A DNA stretch of 64,000 bases from an uncultured Candidatus Cloacimonadota bacterium. GTDB taxonomy: Bacteria > Cloacimonadota > Cloacimonadia > Cloacimonadales > WRIO01. How positions within the stretch are numbered: position 1 is the first letter of the stretch; each line of letters opens with the position of its first letter. The notes below the pieces were generated by a model, which ran no database searches, was not told the origin of the DNA, and worked only from the letters and a program-made list of their open reading frames with translations. This document shows positions 39,428 to 49,896 of this stretch, piece after piece. Location: positions 70,526-134,525 of the forward strand of contig CAZNKI010000002.1 of the NCBI GenBank assembly GCA_964573665.1, in the 5' to 3' direction. A program made the position numbers and the translations under genes.

Positions 39428-40629
39428 TCCTTTTTTCGAGATTTTTTATTAAGTAAACTTGGCTCTATAAATTTTGTCACATCTCGTGTATTAATATAAC
39501 AATTAATTGCTTCATTATTTTCGTTATATTCAATACGAATGCTATCTTCAAACCAAACATAATTCCCGTCTTTTTTTCTGGCTCGGTACTCAATATTCAC
39601 AAATTCTGCTTTACTTTTATATGCTTTAAGCATCGTCTTTTTTACTCGCTCAAGATCATCAGGATGAACTTTTGAAATAATACTTTCTTTTTTCACTCCC
39701 TCTATCTCATCTTGAGAATATCCTAATATCTTGCTGTATGCGGGTGATAAATAGCTGACTATATTGTTTTTGAGCACGGCAACTCCATCACTCATATTTT
39801 CTATGATCAGTTTATATTTTTCTTCTTGTTCTTTGAGTTTTCGACTCATCTCCATTTTATCAGTCACATTGATCGCTATCCCTTCTATCCCTTTGATAAT
39901 ACCACTTTTGTCGATGATATAATGATTTCTGTGTTCTAAATATACAATCTCATTATTCTTGTTAAGCCATCTGAGTATATATGGATGTGTTTTCTTATTG
40001 ACAAAGGATTGTTCTAAAGTTGACTTATCTTCTGGATGTATTAGTTTGAATAGGATGTTCGGGTTGCTATAAATTTCATCTTGATTAGCAAGATGCATTT
40101 CCTGAACTTTTTGATTGATGAACTCAAATCTCATACTTGGGAAGAAACTGATTGAATAAATGATTTCAGGGAGATCTTCAATTAAGCTTTTATAACGCTT
40201 CTCACTGGCTTCTAAGAGAGATTTGTTGATTTTTTCTTTCTGCTTGAGCTCAAAAATGTTAAATGCCATCTGAATAGAAGCGAGTATTGTTGTTGATGTC
40301 TGATTTTTCAAAACATAGCCATAAGAAGCAATTTCTAAAGTTCTGTTTACAAATTCACTTTCAGTATGATTAGAGAGAAAAATGATCGGTAAATCATGCT
40401 CTTTCAATATCTGCTTTGCTGCTTCAGTTCCATCGATACCATCTCCAAGATCGATATCCATTAGAATTAAATTGATGCCACCAGGATTCTGATTAACAGT
40501 ATCAATGGCTGATTTTGCATTATTACATAGGATCACATGATAATTCGCTTTATTTAAGACTTTCTTTCCAAGATTTGCACTGATTAAATCATCTTCAACC
40601 AGAAGAATTACTTTCTTATCCTCTTCCAT
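39421..40629 (-). CDS. Response-regulator receiver plus two PAS domains, no output domain
   Basis: 'ILLVEDD', 'LILMDIDL', 'IIFLS', 'YVLK'; two PAS modules ('IHPED', 'VHPDD', 'YVWFE'); ends right after 'TRDVT'. Confidence 0.8.
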   Translation of the reverse strand: MEEDKKVILLVEDDLISANLGKKVLNKANYHVILCNNAKSAIDTVNQNPGGINLILMDIDLGDGIDGTEAAKQILKEHDLPIIFLSNHTESEFVNRTLEIASYGYVLKNQTSTTILASIQMAFNIFELKQKEKINKSLLEASEKRYKSLIEDLPEIIYSISFFPSMRFEFINQKVQEMHLANQDEIYSNPNILFKLIHPEDKSTLEQSFVNKKTHPYILRWLNKNNEIVYLEHRNHYIIDKSGIIKGIEGIAINVTDKMEMSRKLKEQEEKYKLIIENMSDGVAVLKNNIVSYLSPAYSKILGYSQDEIEGVKKESIISKVHPDDLERVKKTMLKAYKSKAEFVNIEYRARKKDGNYVWFEDSIRIEYNENNEAINCYINTRDVTKFIEPSLLNKKSRKKDQ

Positions 40630-40705
40630 ATTTACCTCATACCCATTTTATGAGTGAATGTATAACATATAACAATTACAGTGTAAAGGAAAAAAATAAA
40701 AAAAA

Positions 40706-40728
40706 AAGGAGAATTTTTAATTCTCCTT
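40706..40728. terminator. Hairpin with flanking A/T runs, terminator for alaS (minus strand)
   Basis: AAGGAGAAT-TTTTA-ATTCTCCTT with a long A run on the left. Confidence 0.7.
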
Positions 40729-40747
40729 TAAAGATTAATTTAAGCTA

Positions 40748-43351
40748 TTAAAATTTTTTGATAATTGAAGGGATTGCATCAAGTAAGTCTTTTATGTTTT
40801 CTGTGATTTTCCCGCCAGCCATTGCCATATCAGGACGTCCACCACCTTTTCCACCAACGATTAGAGCAAGCTCTGCAACGATTTTCCCTGCCTGATATTT
40901 TGAATTTAAATCTTTACTCACAATCGCAATGATTGCTACTTTATCTTCAATAGCAGAAACAAGAATACTAATTCCTGAACCTAACTTATCTTTAATCTGA
41001 TCGCCGATAAGTTTAAGATCATCCTGCTTGCTTACCTGGATTTGACCATATACCAAAGAAACACCATTAACCTCAGTTTTATTGTTAATCAGTGTATCTA
41101 AAACATTGCCTGAATTTTTAAGTTTGAGCTGTTCTATTTCCTGATAGAGATTTTTATTTTCTGAAATCATTTTCTCGATTTTATCAAATAGTGTCTTTTC
41201 AGGCGTATTCAATAATTGAGATAATTGAATGAACTTTTTCTGAAGATCTCGAACATACAAATCAGTATTACTTCCTGTCAATGCCTCGATTCTTCTTATA
41301 CCTGATGCTGAAGAAGCTTCTGACAATATTTTAAATGTACCGATTTGACCTGTATTCTGTAAGTGTGTGCCTCCACATAACTCTTTTGAAAATCCAGGGA
41401 TGCTGACAACTCGTACTTGATCGGCATATTTCTCACCAAATAATGCCATAGCACCTTCTTTCTTTGCCGAGTCAATATCCATCAGCTTTATTTCCAAAGA
41501 GATCGCTTTGCGCGCTTCCTGATTCACAATATCTTCCACTTTTTCGATTTCTTCTTTGCTTAGTGCCTGAATATGCGTGAAATCAAATCGTAAATGCGTG
41601 CTGTTAACTAATGAACCCTTTTGCTGAACATGATCACCAAGAACTTTTCTCAATGCTGCATGTAGTAGATGGGTTGCCGTATGATTTCTTGCGATACTTG
41701 TTCTATATTCATGTTCGATGATTGCATTCAAAGGTTCTTTATTGATTTCTCCTTTCAGGATTTGTGCTAAATGTATGATTTGATCGTTATCTTTTTGAAC
41801 ATCAGTGATCTTAATTTCAGTTTGATCATTAATCAATATGCCATGATCTGCCACTTGACCACCAGATTCAGCATAAAATGGTGTTTTGTCTAAGATGATT
41901 CTTAGTTGGCCATCTTCTTGAATTGCATATCTTAAAATATTAGAAGTGCATTGTGTTTGTTCGTATCCAACAAATTCAGTTTCTATTTGGCTTTCCGAAA
42001 GAGTGATCCATTGGATGTCTTCAGTTTTTAATTTAAAAGATGAAGACTGACGAGCACGTTCTTTTTGTTTATTCATTTCCTGATGAAATCCTGCTTCATC
42101 GATACTAAGCGATTTTTCTTCTGCAAGTAATAAGGTAAGATCAGGAGGGAATCCATAAGTGTCATAGAGCATGAAAACAAGCTCACCAGGAATGACACTG
42201 CTATCTAAGTTCTTCGTTATTTCTTCAAAACGATTCAAACCATTATCAAGTGTCATGTTAAAACGTTCTTCTTCTGCTTTCAGAATCATCTTGATAAAAG
42301 CAATCTTATCATTTAGCTCTGTGAAATGAGAACCAAATTCTTTGACTAAAGGATCAACGAGTTTGTAAAGAAACGGTTCTTTCAGATTAAGAGTTCTACC
42401 ATATCGTGCTGCTCTTCTCAGAATTCTTCTTAAAACATATCCTCTGCCTTCATTTGATGGCATCCCACCATCAGCAATTGCAAAACAAAGACAACGGATA
42501 TGATCTGCAATTACACGATGTGACATACCCGTTTCTTCAGAATATGCGACTCCAGATAACTGAGCGATCGAATCTATGATGGGTGTAAAAAGATCAGTAT
42601 CATAGTTGGATGTTTTCCCTTGTAAAATCTGACATAAACGTTCTAATCCAGCCCCTGTATCAACAAACTTATTTTTTAAAGGTGCTAATGAACCATCTTC
42701 TTGACGGTTATATTGCATGAAAACAAGATTCCAAAGTTCAATATAACGATGACAGTCTCCATTTACTTTACAGTCATGATTTGGGTCATCGGCTAAATTA
42801 CAGAATTCAGCACCACGATCAAAATGAATTTCTGAACATGGACCACAGGGACCTGTTTCTCCCATTTCCCAGAAGTTATCTTTGTCTCCATGATAAGTGA
42901 TATGCTCAGGATTGATGTCTGTCACCTTTTTCCATAATTCAAACGCTTCTTCATCAGTTTTATATACTGTAGCATGAATTCTACTCTTATCAAGTTGCCA
43001 TACGTCTGTAATTAACTCCCATGCCCATTTGATCGCATCCTCTTTATAATAGTCGCCAAAAGACCAGTTGCCTAACATCTCAAAGAAGGTGTGATGATAT
43101 CCATCTTTACCCACTTCTTCTAAGTCATTATGTTTACCGCCGGCACGGATACATTTTTGGCTATTAGCTGCACGATTGTAAGGGGCATCCTGTAAACCTA
43201 AAAAGTATTTTTTAAACTGATTCATTCCTGCGTTGGTGAATAACAAGGTTGGATCATCTGTGGGAACAACTGATGATGATGCAACAAATACATGTGCTTT
43301 CTCAATAAAGAAATCTATAAATTGTTTTCGGATGGTATTGCCTGATAACAT
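40748..43351 (-). CDS. alaS: Alanine--tRNA ligase
   Basis: 'DDPTLLFTNAGMNQFK', 'HHTFFEMLGNWSFGDY', 'DTGAGLER', 'NHTATHLL', 'ELCGGTH', 'GGGRPDMA'. Confidence 0.98.
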   Translation of the reverse strand: MLSGNTIRKQFIDFFIEKAHVFVASSSVVPTDDPTLLFTNAGMNQFKKYFLGLQDAPYNRAANSQKCIRAGGKHNDLEEVGKDGYHHTFFEMLGNWSFGDYYKEDAIKWAWELITDVWQLDKSRIHATVYKTDEEAFELWKKVTDINPEHITYHGDKDNFWEMGETGPCGPCSEIHFDRGAEFCNLADDPNHDCKVNGDCHRYIELWNLVFMQYNRQEDGSLAPLKNKFVDTGAGLERLCQILQGKTSNYDTDLFTPIIDSIAQLSGVAYSEETGMSHRVIADHIRCLCFAIADGGMPSNEGRGYVLRRILRRAARYGRTLNLKEPFLYKLVDPLVKEFGSHFTELNDKIAFIKMILKAEEERFNMTLDNGLNRFEEITKNLDSSVIPGELVFMLYDTYGFPPDLTLLLAEEKSLSIDEAGFHQEMNKQKERARQSSSFKLKTEDIQWITLSESQIETEFVGYEQTQCTSNILRYAIQEDGQLRIILDKTPFYAESGGQVADHGILINDQTEIKITDVQKDNDQIIHLAQILKGEINKEPLNAIIEHEYRTSIARNHTATHLLHAALRKVLGDHVQQKGSLVNSTHLRFDFTHIQALSKEEIEKVEDIVNQEARKAISLEIKLMDIDSAKKEGAMALFGEKYADQVRVVSIPGFSKELCGGTHLQNTGQIGTFKILSEASSASGIRRIEALTGSNTDLYVRDLQKKFIQLSQLLNTPEKTLFDKIEKMISENKNLYQEIEQLKLKNSGNVLDTLINNKTEVNGVSLVYGQIQVSKQDDLKLIGDQIKDKLGSGISILVSAIEDKVAIIAIVSKDLNSKYQAGKIVAELALIVGGKGGGRPDMAMAGGKITENIKDLLDAIPSIIKKF

Positions 43352-43412
43352 GATTACCTCTTAGTTTATCTTTTAAATTAAAACTTAAAATTATAGAATT
43401 TATGTCAAGAAA

Positions 43413-43438
43413 AAAGAGACGCATATGAGCGTCTCTTT
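43413..43438. terminator. Intrinsic terminator for the PPIase gene (minus strand)
   Basis: AAAGAGACGC-ATATGA-GCGTCTCTTT with an A run on the left. Confidence 0.7.
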
Positions 43439-43457
43439 CAATATTTGTTATGATATG

Positions 43458-45527
43458 TTATTCAGTGATAATTGAGCTTGGATCGATTTCTCCTGTTAAT
43501 GTTTCAATCATGAATCGTGCTGAATCATTTAGATCTCCCTGAGGCCATTTGATCAGCATTTCCTGATATAACTGTAAAGCTTTTTGTGAATCTTTTAAAT
43601 CTTCTGAATAGATAAAGGCTTTCATAAACCAAGCTTTATAATCATCGATGTTGTTCTGGTAATCTTTGATAATCTGATCATAATACATCACTGCATCACG
43701 GTAATTATTTTGTTTTTGTGCCATTTCAGCCATGTTAAACAACTCATTAACTGATACCTGAGGAGCTAATCGATCAAAGTGTTCAACAACATTGTATTTA
43801 ACTTTATAAGCTGCAATTGCATCATCGAATCTTTTTTGAGCATTTCTTCTACGGACATTATTCTCTAATGAAGTTCTGAGTTCTTCTATTGTTTTTACTT
43901 TTTCTGGAATTTCTTTGGTGATGTAGAAGAATACATATTCTTCTTTAATATTCTTAAATACATTACTTACTTCTCCAGATTTTACGGTAAATACTCGGTC
44001 GTTATATTCTTTGTCATTACCATAAAATGGCATAATTCCATTTTGATATACAGGAGTGAGAACTCCATCTTTGTCTTTATAAGAAGAATTTTTCTTAACT
44101 AATTCGATGATTTTATCTTCTTTGTTTTTCTTTAATAATTTTTCAACTTGTTTTTTGATTTTTAAAGCATCTTTTTCATTATCAAAGACAAATTGACGGA
44201 TTTCTCTATATCCTCTTTCTGTAAATGACTTTGAATTTTCTTGATAATACTGAAGAATATCTTCTTCTGTGAAACTTGCTTTATCAATGATTTCTTTTTG
44301 ATAATGGAAACGTAAAAAAGTTGATCGTTTCATTTGGATAACATCTTCATCATTTTTGAACAATTCATTATATGATTTTTTCATAGCATCTAAATAGATC
44401 AAGGTCAGTTCTAATTCTTTATTGATGATTGATTTTCTGATTTTTGGATCCTGAATATTTGCTTTTTCCATTTGATACTTTTGTCTTAAAACATCAAATA
44501 TTCTTTGTGAATTATAAACAAGCTCTGAGTTAGAAGAATTGATGACAATGTGAGAATTTTCAGAAGCATCATTTGGGTTAATCATAGTAAAATCAGTTCG
44601 ATCAATATATGCATCATCAACTTGAACATTATATTCTACTTTAAGTTTACTGATTAATCCTTCATAAAGCTTTTGTTCTTCTTTGAATTTTAATTGATTT
44701 TCAATTTCTCCCTTTACGTCTTTAAAAGGTTTTAAAGTTTCATTGATATGTTCAATTTTCTGGAAAAAATGATAGCCTGTTTCTGATTTAATAAAGCTAA
44801 ATTCATTTTCTTTATGAATAGGTGCAACATAAATCAAACTATCTAACGCTGTGTCTTTACCAATTCCTGTGATATATTGATTATGCTTGATATTTGAAAT
44901 AATCCCTTGTTTCTCTTTTGAATATTTGTTGCTTGAAAATTTTACTATTAAAGAATCAAATGAAATGGATTGATTAAGCTCATTTTTTACAAGATTTGCA
45001 TTCTCTTCATTTTCAACTTGAATATGTTTGATTTTTATTGATGGAGGCACTTTGAAGACACCACTGTTGTCTTGATAGTATTTCTGAACTTGATCTTCAG
45101 TGATTTTTACGTTGTCAGAGATCTCTTTTTTATAATATTTTTCACTGTAAAGTGGCTTAATATTGTTTTTTAATTGATTGATGACAATCTCTTCTTTATC
45201 AACACCATAAGCAAGTGCTTCCTGATAAAATAATTCTTCTTGAAGCATCGCTTCTATCACTTGTTTTTGTCCATCCACTGTTTTATATCTGTTTTGATAC
45301 ATTGCTGGAATTTTGCTGATTCTGTTATTAATATCAGCTTTTGTGATTTGAGCACCCTTCATTTCAACAATCACAGTGTCAATCTTAACAGGCTGTTTAA
45401 CAATAACTTCTTGTTTGTTTTGATTAGGCTTTGATTTTGAAGTTGTTTTTGCCAATAAGCTTACTGATGAAAAAGCGATACAAAATACTGTCAATAATGT
45501 AAAACATTTGAAGATTCTTTTTACCAT
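43458..45527 (-). CDS. Periplasmic parvulin-type PPIase/chaperone (SurA/PrsA/PpiD-like) with C-terminal TPR
   Basis: Signal peptide; two rotamase-like modules ('IKHIQV', 'IRQFVF', 'VSNVFK'); C-terminal TPR 'A...Y..II..Y...AWFMKAFIY'. Confidence 0.75.
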   Translation of the reverse strand: MVKRIFKCFTLLTVFCIAFSSVSLLAKTTSKSKPNQNKQEVIVKQPVKIDTVIVEMKGAQITKADINNRISKIPAMYQNRYKTVDGQKQVIEAMLQEELFYQEALAYGVDKEEIVINQLKNNIKPLYSEKYYKKEISDNVKITEDQVQKYYQDNSGVFKVPPSIKIKHIQVENEENANLVKNELNQSISFDSLIVKFSSNKYSKEKQGIISNIKHNQYITGIGKDTALDSLIYVAPIHKENEFSFIKSETGYHFFQKIEHINETLKPFKDVKGEIENQLKFKEEQKLYEGLISKLKVEYNVQVDDAYIDRTDFTMINPNDASENSHIVINSSNSELVYNSQRIFDVLRQKYQMEKANIQDPKIRKSIINKELELTLIYLDAMKKSYNELFKNDEDVIQMKRSTFLRFHYQKEIIDKASFTEEDILQYYQENSKSFTERGYREIRQFVFDNEKDALKIKKQVEKLLKKNKEDKIIELVKKNSSYKDKDGVLTPVYQNGIMPFYGNDKEYNDRVFTVKSGEVSNVFKNIKEEYVFFYITKEIPEKVKTIEELRTSLENNVRRRNAQKRFDDAIAAYKVKYNVVEHFDRLAPQVSVNELFNMAEMAQKQNNYRDAVMYYDQIIKDYQNNIDDYKAWFMKAFIYSEDLKDSQKALQLYQEMLIKWPQGDLNDSARFMIETLTGEIDPSSIITE

Positions 45528-46024
45528 TTTCTATTCTCCTTAATTAATTTGAAAGCTCAGTAAGCTTTATCTTTGAATATTTTTTTTTATTCAAAATCTG
45601 CTTACTCTGATATCCTCATTTATATATTATAATCCTTTAGTCAAGCTTTTATTACAATTTATTTCATCTGAGGTTATGAAAATGATCAAAATTATTTGGA
45701 TGATTATTGTATCTTATTATTGTCTATTGAGAAAAGTGTGTTAACAAGGCATATCATGCGTTTTGTAGAGCAAACTACCAACTTGCTAAGAAATACTTCC
45801 AAAATATCAGATAATATAATTATTTTAAAAATAGTTGATATCAAATATCTCCTGAACTTGTTTTTGAACATGAAAAGATGCAATTTTGATGATTATCCTC
45901 TGGTTTACGCTCAGTTCCGCCTCGGTTCACCCTCGGTTCAGCTATTTGATTTATAAGTAAAAGATAGTTTTTGATTTTTCTTCTGTGGAAAAGTGTTAAC
46001 TATTGATGGTTTTTAGGTGATTAT

Positions 46025-46556
46025 GTAGGGGGTAGGTTTTACGCCTACCCAAATTCGTTGTTCAAGCATCCCTGCTTGAACCATTTCTTTGAGTAGTCTA
46101 CCAGATTGCCAAATGGAGTGTGGACATCCTCGTTCACGAAAAAGATAAACGATCAGCTTGAAAATATGACGGAAATCTCAATTCCCCTCTGTGGAGGGGT
46201 GGACGCTTTAGCGGACGGGGTGGTCATTGTGTATGTCGATGAACAACAATATTTTAACGATAAGTTGCTTTCGGATGGTCCGCTCTGCGTTTGGCGCATC
46301 CCTACAAATGATTGATTGACTATAGGATCTATGATAGATTAGAAACTGATCTTCGTTGTTCAAGCATCCTTGCTTGAACATATACAGCAAACAGGGATGT
46401 TCGCAGAACGATGGTGAACTCGCGAATGCGTTACGGAAGTATCGCAATCTGGTAGATTACGAAAAAACATTTGTAGGGGCAGGTTTTACGCCTGCCCAAT
46501 TTCGTTATGCAAACATCCCTGTTTGCATCTTCTGTAGTGCGAGCTACCAGCTAACT
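46025..46556. repeat. Dense mosaic cluster of REP-like palindromes (at least 12 elements, about 6 families)
   Basis: Elements start at 46025, 46054, 46093, 46115, 46181, 46269(-), 46352, 46385(-), 46439, 46473, 46501 and 46534. Confidence 0.85.
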
Positions 46557-46621
46557 TAAGACACTATAGAAAATGATATGATATTTTTTAGTTGGACTCA
46601 ATAATGATGTATATTTCAAGA

Positions 46622-48400
46622 CTAAAAGAATAGATCATGCCAAATACATAAATTATAAAGTCTCATTCTCTTATTTAAACTGAGATCATCTACTTTACTG
46701 ATGTCATTTTTCAGATAATGTTTGCATATTTCTGATGATTTGATACTTAGATCAACTTGCTTCTTATATAAATGATTAAACCAGTAATGATCAGGAATCG
46801 ACCAACCCATTTTATCTCTTCTCCAAATGACCTCTTTGGGTAGATCATTTTTGAAAGCTTCACGACTGATCATCTTTGTCCATCCATCTTTTATCTTAAA
46901 ATCTGCAGGCACCTGCATCATAAATTCTATCAATCTATAGTCTGTAAACGGCATACGCGATTCTACTGAAAAAGCCATCGATTCACGATCTCCATAAAAG
47001 AGTAATAAACGCAAACTCCCAAGTATATCTTCTTTTAATACTTGATTGAGATCTGATGAACTATGCTGAATTCTCAGGAAGTTTTTTATATGTTGATCAG
47101 AAAAATGACATCGTCTCATCATCTTCAATAATATTGATTTAATAAAGTATTGTTTGGTTTGGGGAATGTCTTTAAATTTTTGTATTTCATAGATCATAGA
47201 CGCTGCTTTCATTGAGCTTAAATAGTAGATTAAATAAGATAAATAACCGCCAAGGATCTCATCTGCTCCTTGTCCATCTAATGTGACACGAACCGGACTT
47301 TGTGAAATTCGTTTATAAGTATGCCATCCAGATAAACAAGAACTGTTTACAGGGATATCCATGGCATAAATCACTTTTCTATGTTCTTCAAGAACTTGTT
47401 GAGAATCAGGCTCTATGGTGAAATTCTCAACATTCAGGAATTGACTCGTCTTTTGAATAAATTCAGATTCATCGCAATATTTGGTTTCTGCTTGATGATA
47501 AACGCTTGAAAAGGTCATTTGCTTCTGATTGGTATTTTCACCTCTCAACAGATTGATTAAATGAACGATGATCGAAGAATCCATTCCTCCTAATGCAGTA
47601 CCAACTGGCACATCTGAGCGTAAACGGATTTTTACTGAATCAGTAAGCAACTCTCTATAACATTCAACTGCTTCTTCAAAACTACCTTTAAAATCACCCT
47701 TGCTTTCGATTTGCCAATATCGAGTTAATTTAAACTTTTGATTTAGTCCATTGCGCAATGATAAATAACTATAATGAGCAGGTGGGAATTCTTCTATATC
47801 AACAAAAGAAGATAAATCAAATTTACTTTGTCCATCGATAAAGTAAAGCCCATGTGTTAAATATCGCTTTACCCATTCTTCATTGACTTTTGCTGTCACT
47901 TCAGGATGTTTTAATATCGCTTTGATTTCTGAAGCAAAAAGTAGGATGCTATCTTTTTGATAAATATATAGAGGTTTTTTCCCTAAGCGGTCTCGACTGA
48001 TAAATATTTCCTCTTTTTGTTTATCATAAATACAAAAAGCCCAAGCACCATTAAACAATTTCAAGCATTCACTACCATAATAATCATAGGCAGCCATGAT
48101 CACTTCTGTATCTGTCTGAGTATGAAAAGTATAATTTAAGTTTTCTAAATCTGTTCTGATTTCCAGATAATTGTAGATTTCACCATTGAATGTGATAACA
48201 TATCGATCCAAATAATGCATCGGCTGATTGCCTTTAACACTCAGATCAAGAATTGATAAACGAGAATGAGCGAATCCTACATTTTGTTCAAAATAATATT
48301 CTTGGGCATCTGGTCCTCGATGAGCTAAGGCTTGATTCATAACCTTTAGATCATTGTGTCTGATCTCTTTTTTTGATATGATACCACAAATCCCACACAT
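46622..48400 (-). CDS. asnB: Asparagine-synthase-type (glutamine-hydrolysing) amidotransferase, probably acting on polysaccharide
   Basis: N-terminal 'MCGICG', 'HRGPD', 'FNGEIYNY', 'RDRLGKKPLY', 'GQGADE', 'ESRMPF'; adjacent to a flippase. Confidence 0.88.
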   Translation of the reverse strand: MCGICGIISKKEIRHNDLKVMNQALAHRGPDAQEYYFEQNVGFAHSRLSILDLSVKGNQPMHYLDRYVITFNGEIYNYLEIRTDLENLNYTFHTQTDTEVIMAAYDYYGSECLKLFNGAWAFCIYDKQKEEIFISRDRLGKKPLYIYQKDSILLFASEIKAILKHPEVTAKVNEEWVKRYLTHGLYFIDGQSKFDLSSFVDIEEFPPAHYSYLSLRNGLNQKFKLTRYWQIESKGDFKGSFEEAVECYRELLTDSVKIRLRSDVPVGTALGGMDSSIIVHLINLLRGENTNQKQMTFSSVYHQAETKYCDESEFIQKTSQFLNVENFTIEPDSQQVLEEHRKVIYAMDIPVNSSCLSGWHTYKRISQSPVRVTLDGQGADEILGGYLSYLIYYLSSMKAASMIYEIQKFKDIPQTKQYFIKSILLKMMRRCHFSDQHIKNFLRIQHSSSDLNQVLKEDILGSLRLLLFYGDRESMAFSVESRMPFTDYRLIEFMMQVPADFKIKDGWTKMISREAFKNDLPKEVIWRRDKMGWSIPDHYWFNHLYKKQVDLSIKSSEICKHYLKNDISKVDDLSLNKRMRLYNLCIWHDLFF

Positions 48401-48402
48401 GA

Positions 48403-49896
48403 TTATGACCTTTTTAAAAGTTGCTGAATCATTTTTGATATACTTCTATTGCTTACTTTGTCTGTGATAATGAAGTAGAAAATTGATATTAACATAGCAA
48501 AGAAGGACTTAAAAAATGCATTACCAAGGAATGTTAATTCCAGATTGAAAAGCTTGATGAATAATAAAGCTGATTGGAAAAATGCCGTAATTATAACTAA
48601 GGAAACAAACATAAGTGATAAGTGCTTAAAGAAATATCTGTTCGAAAAACGGACTAATCGAAAGATGATCAAATTAAAAGAAAGGTATATCAAAATTGAT
48701 AATGCGATAAATGCACTTAAAACTACTAAAAAGTCTTGATTTCTTAAGAGATATACTAAGAGATTACTCGTCGCCAAGGCACAGATTGACCAATAGAATT
48801 CCATTTGAGGTTTTTTGAGTATCGCAAAGAAACTGCTTACAGGATTCATAATGAGAAGAATCATTCCTTTAAAAAATAACAAATAGACGATCCATTGGAT
48901 TTCGATAATGTTTTTATTGATAAAGAATACAGGCACCCATTCCCGAACCACTAATGCAAACACTAAAAATAACGGAATGATTAGTTTAAATTCGATATGA
49001 TACAGTTCTTTTAATCGCGATGAATAATCGGATATGTCCAAAGAACTGAATCTGGAAAAAAATACTTGGGATAATGACATTGTGATGAGCGAGACAGGCA
49101 TGATGATCAATTGAAATGCAATAAAATAGTTGCCGATGTGTTCTGGAATAAAATATAAGCCTAAAATCAAGATCGGAAGTTCTAATAAAAGTGAATTCAT
49201 GCTTGTTGATGCCGTTGAAAAAAATAAGAAATGAAAATGCTTTTTGACTAATGAAAAGGAATCCCTAATGATATTTCTGCAATTAATGCTTTGAATATGA
49301 TCTGCGATCTTAACTTTAGATTGAAGATTGAATATTAAAACGATTAGTTCAACGAGATTTCCCAAATAGAAAATTAGAATGAAGAGTTGGATATTCTTAA
49401 AAAAAGGAATGAGGATAAATGCCAATAGGGTGTAGAATATAACATTATAGGTTTCACACAAAGATAGAAATTTAAACATCATTTTCTTTTGATAATCTGC
49501 TTTTATTAGGTTTCTTAAGCTTTCTAAAATGATAAATGGAACTGAGAAAAATAATATCTGTGAAAGACGATCAGAATGATAATATGCACCAATTTTGTTT
49601 GAAAAGATCATCAGCAAAATGCCTGAAATAATGGAAAAAAACAAAACAAATCCCATACTTTGAGAGAGGATGTTTTTGTCTTTCTCAACAATGATCAACG
49701 TAGTATTGCTAAAAATTGATATTCCGCTGATAAATGAGATGATTACCGCAAATTCTCTGTATATTCCTAATTCATCACTGTTAAAAATCCGGGCAATATA
49801 CAAAAATAGAACAAATGTAATGAGTTTTTTGAATATATTTGTGATGATAGACCAGCGGACAGAAGAAAAAACACTATTCATCGATTGATTCAGCAT
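48403..49896 (-). CDS. Wzx-like oligosaccharide flippase
   Basis: About 12-14 hydrophobic segments; '[13 protein letters not shown]', 'IGNYFIA'; start is ATG 49896 or 49881 (overlapping the ruvB stop). Confidence 0.78.
   Translation of the reverse strand: MLNQSMNSVFSSVRWSIITNIFKKLITFVLFLYIARIFNSDELGIYREFAVIISFISGISIFSNTTLIIVEKDKNILSQSMGFVLFFSIISGILLMIFSNKIGAYYHSDRLSQILFFSVPFIILESLRNLIKADYQKKMMFKFLSLCETYNVIFYTLLAFILIPFFKNIQLFILIFYLGNLVELIVLIFNLQSKVKIADHIQSINCRNIIRDSFSLVKKHFHFLFFSTASTSMNSLLLELPILILGLYFIPEHIGNYFIAFQLIIMPVSLITMSLSQVFFSRFSSLDISDYSSRLKELYHIEFKLIIPLFLVFALVVREWVPVFFINKNIIEIQWIVYLLFFKGMILLIMNPVSSFFAILKKPQMEFYWSICALATSNLLVYLLRNQDFLVVLSAFIALSILIYLSFNLIIFRLVRFSNRYFFKHLSLMFVSLVIITAFFQSALLFIKLFNLELTFLGNAFFKSFFAMLISIFYFIITDKVSNRSISKMIQQLLKRS

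Noticed and set aside
26327-46556. IS element, MITE with target-site duplications, or RAYT transposase gene
   Set aside because: No transposase/HUH ORF and no paired terminal inverted repeats with flanking duplications were found around the repeat clusters.
45696-46559. Short ORFs in the track (45696, 46106, 46208, 46356)
   Set aside because: They run through stacked palindromic repeats, lack RBS and family motifs, and are best explained as chance ORFs.
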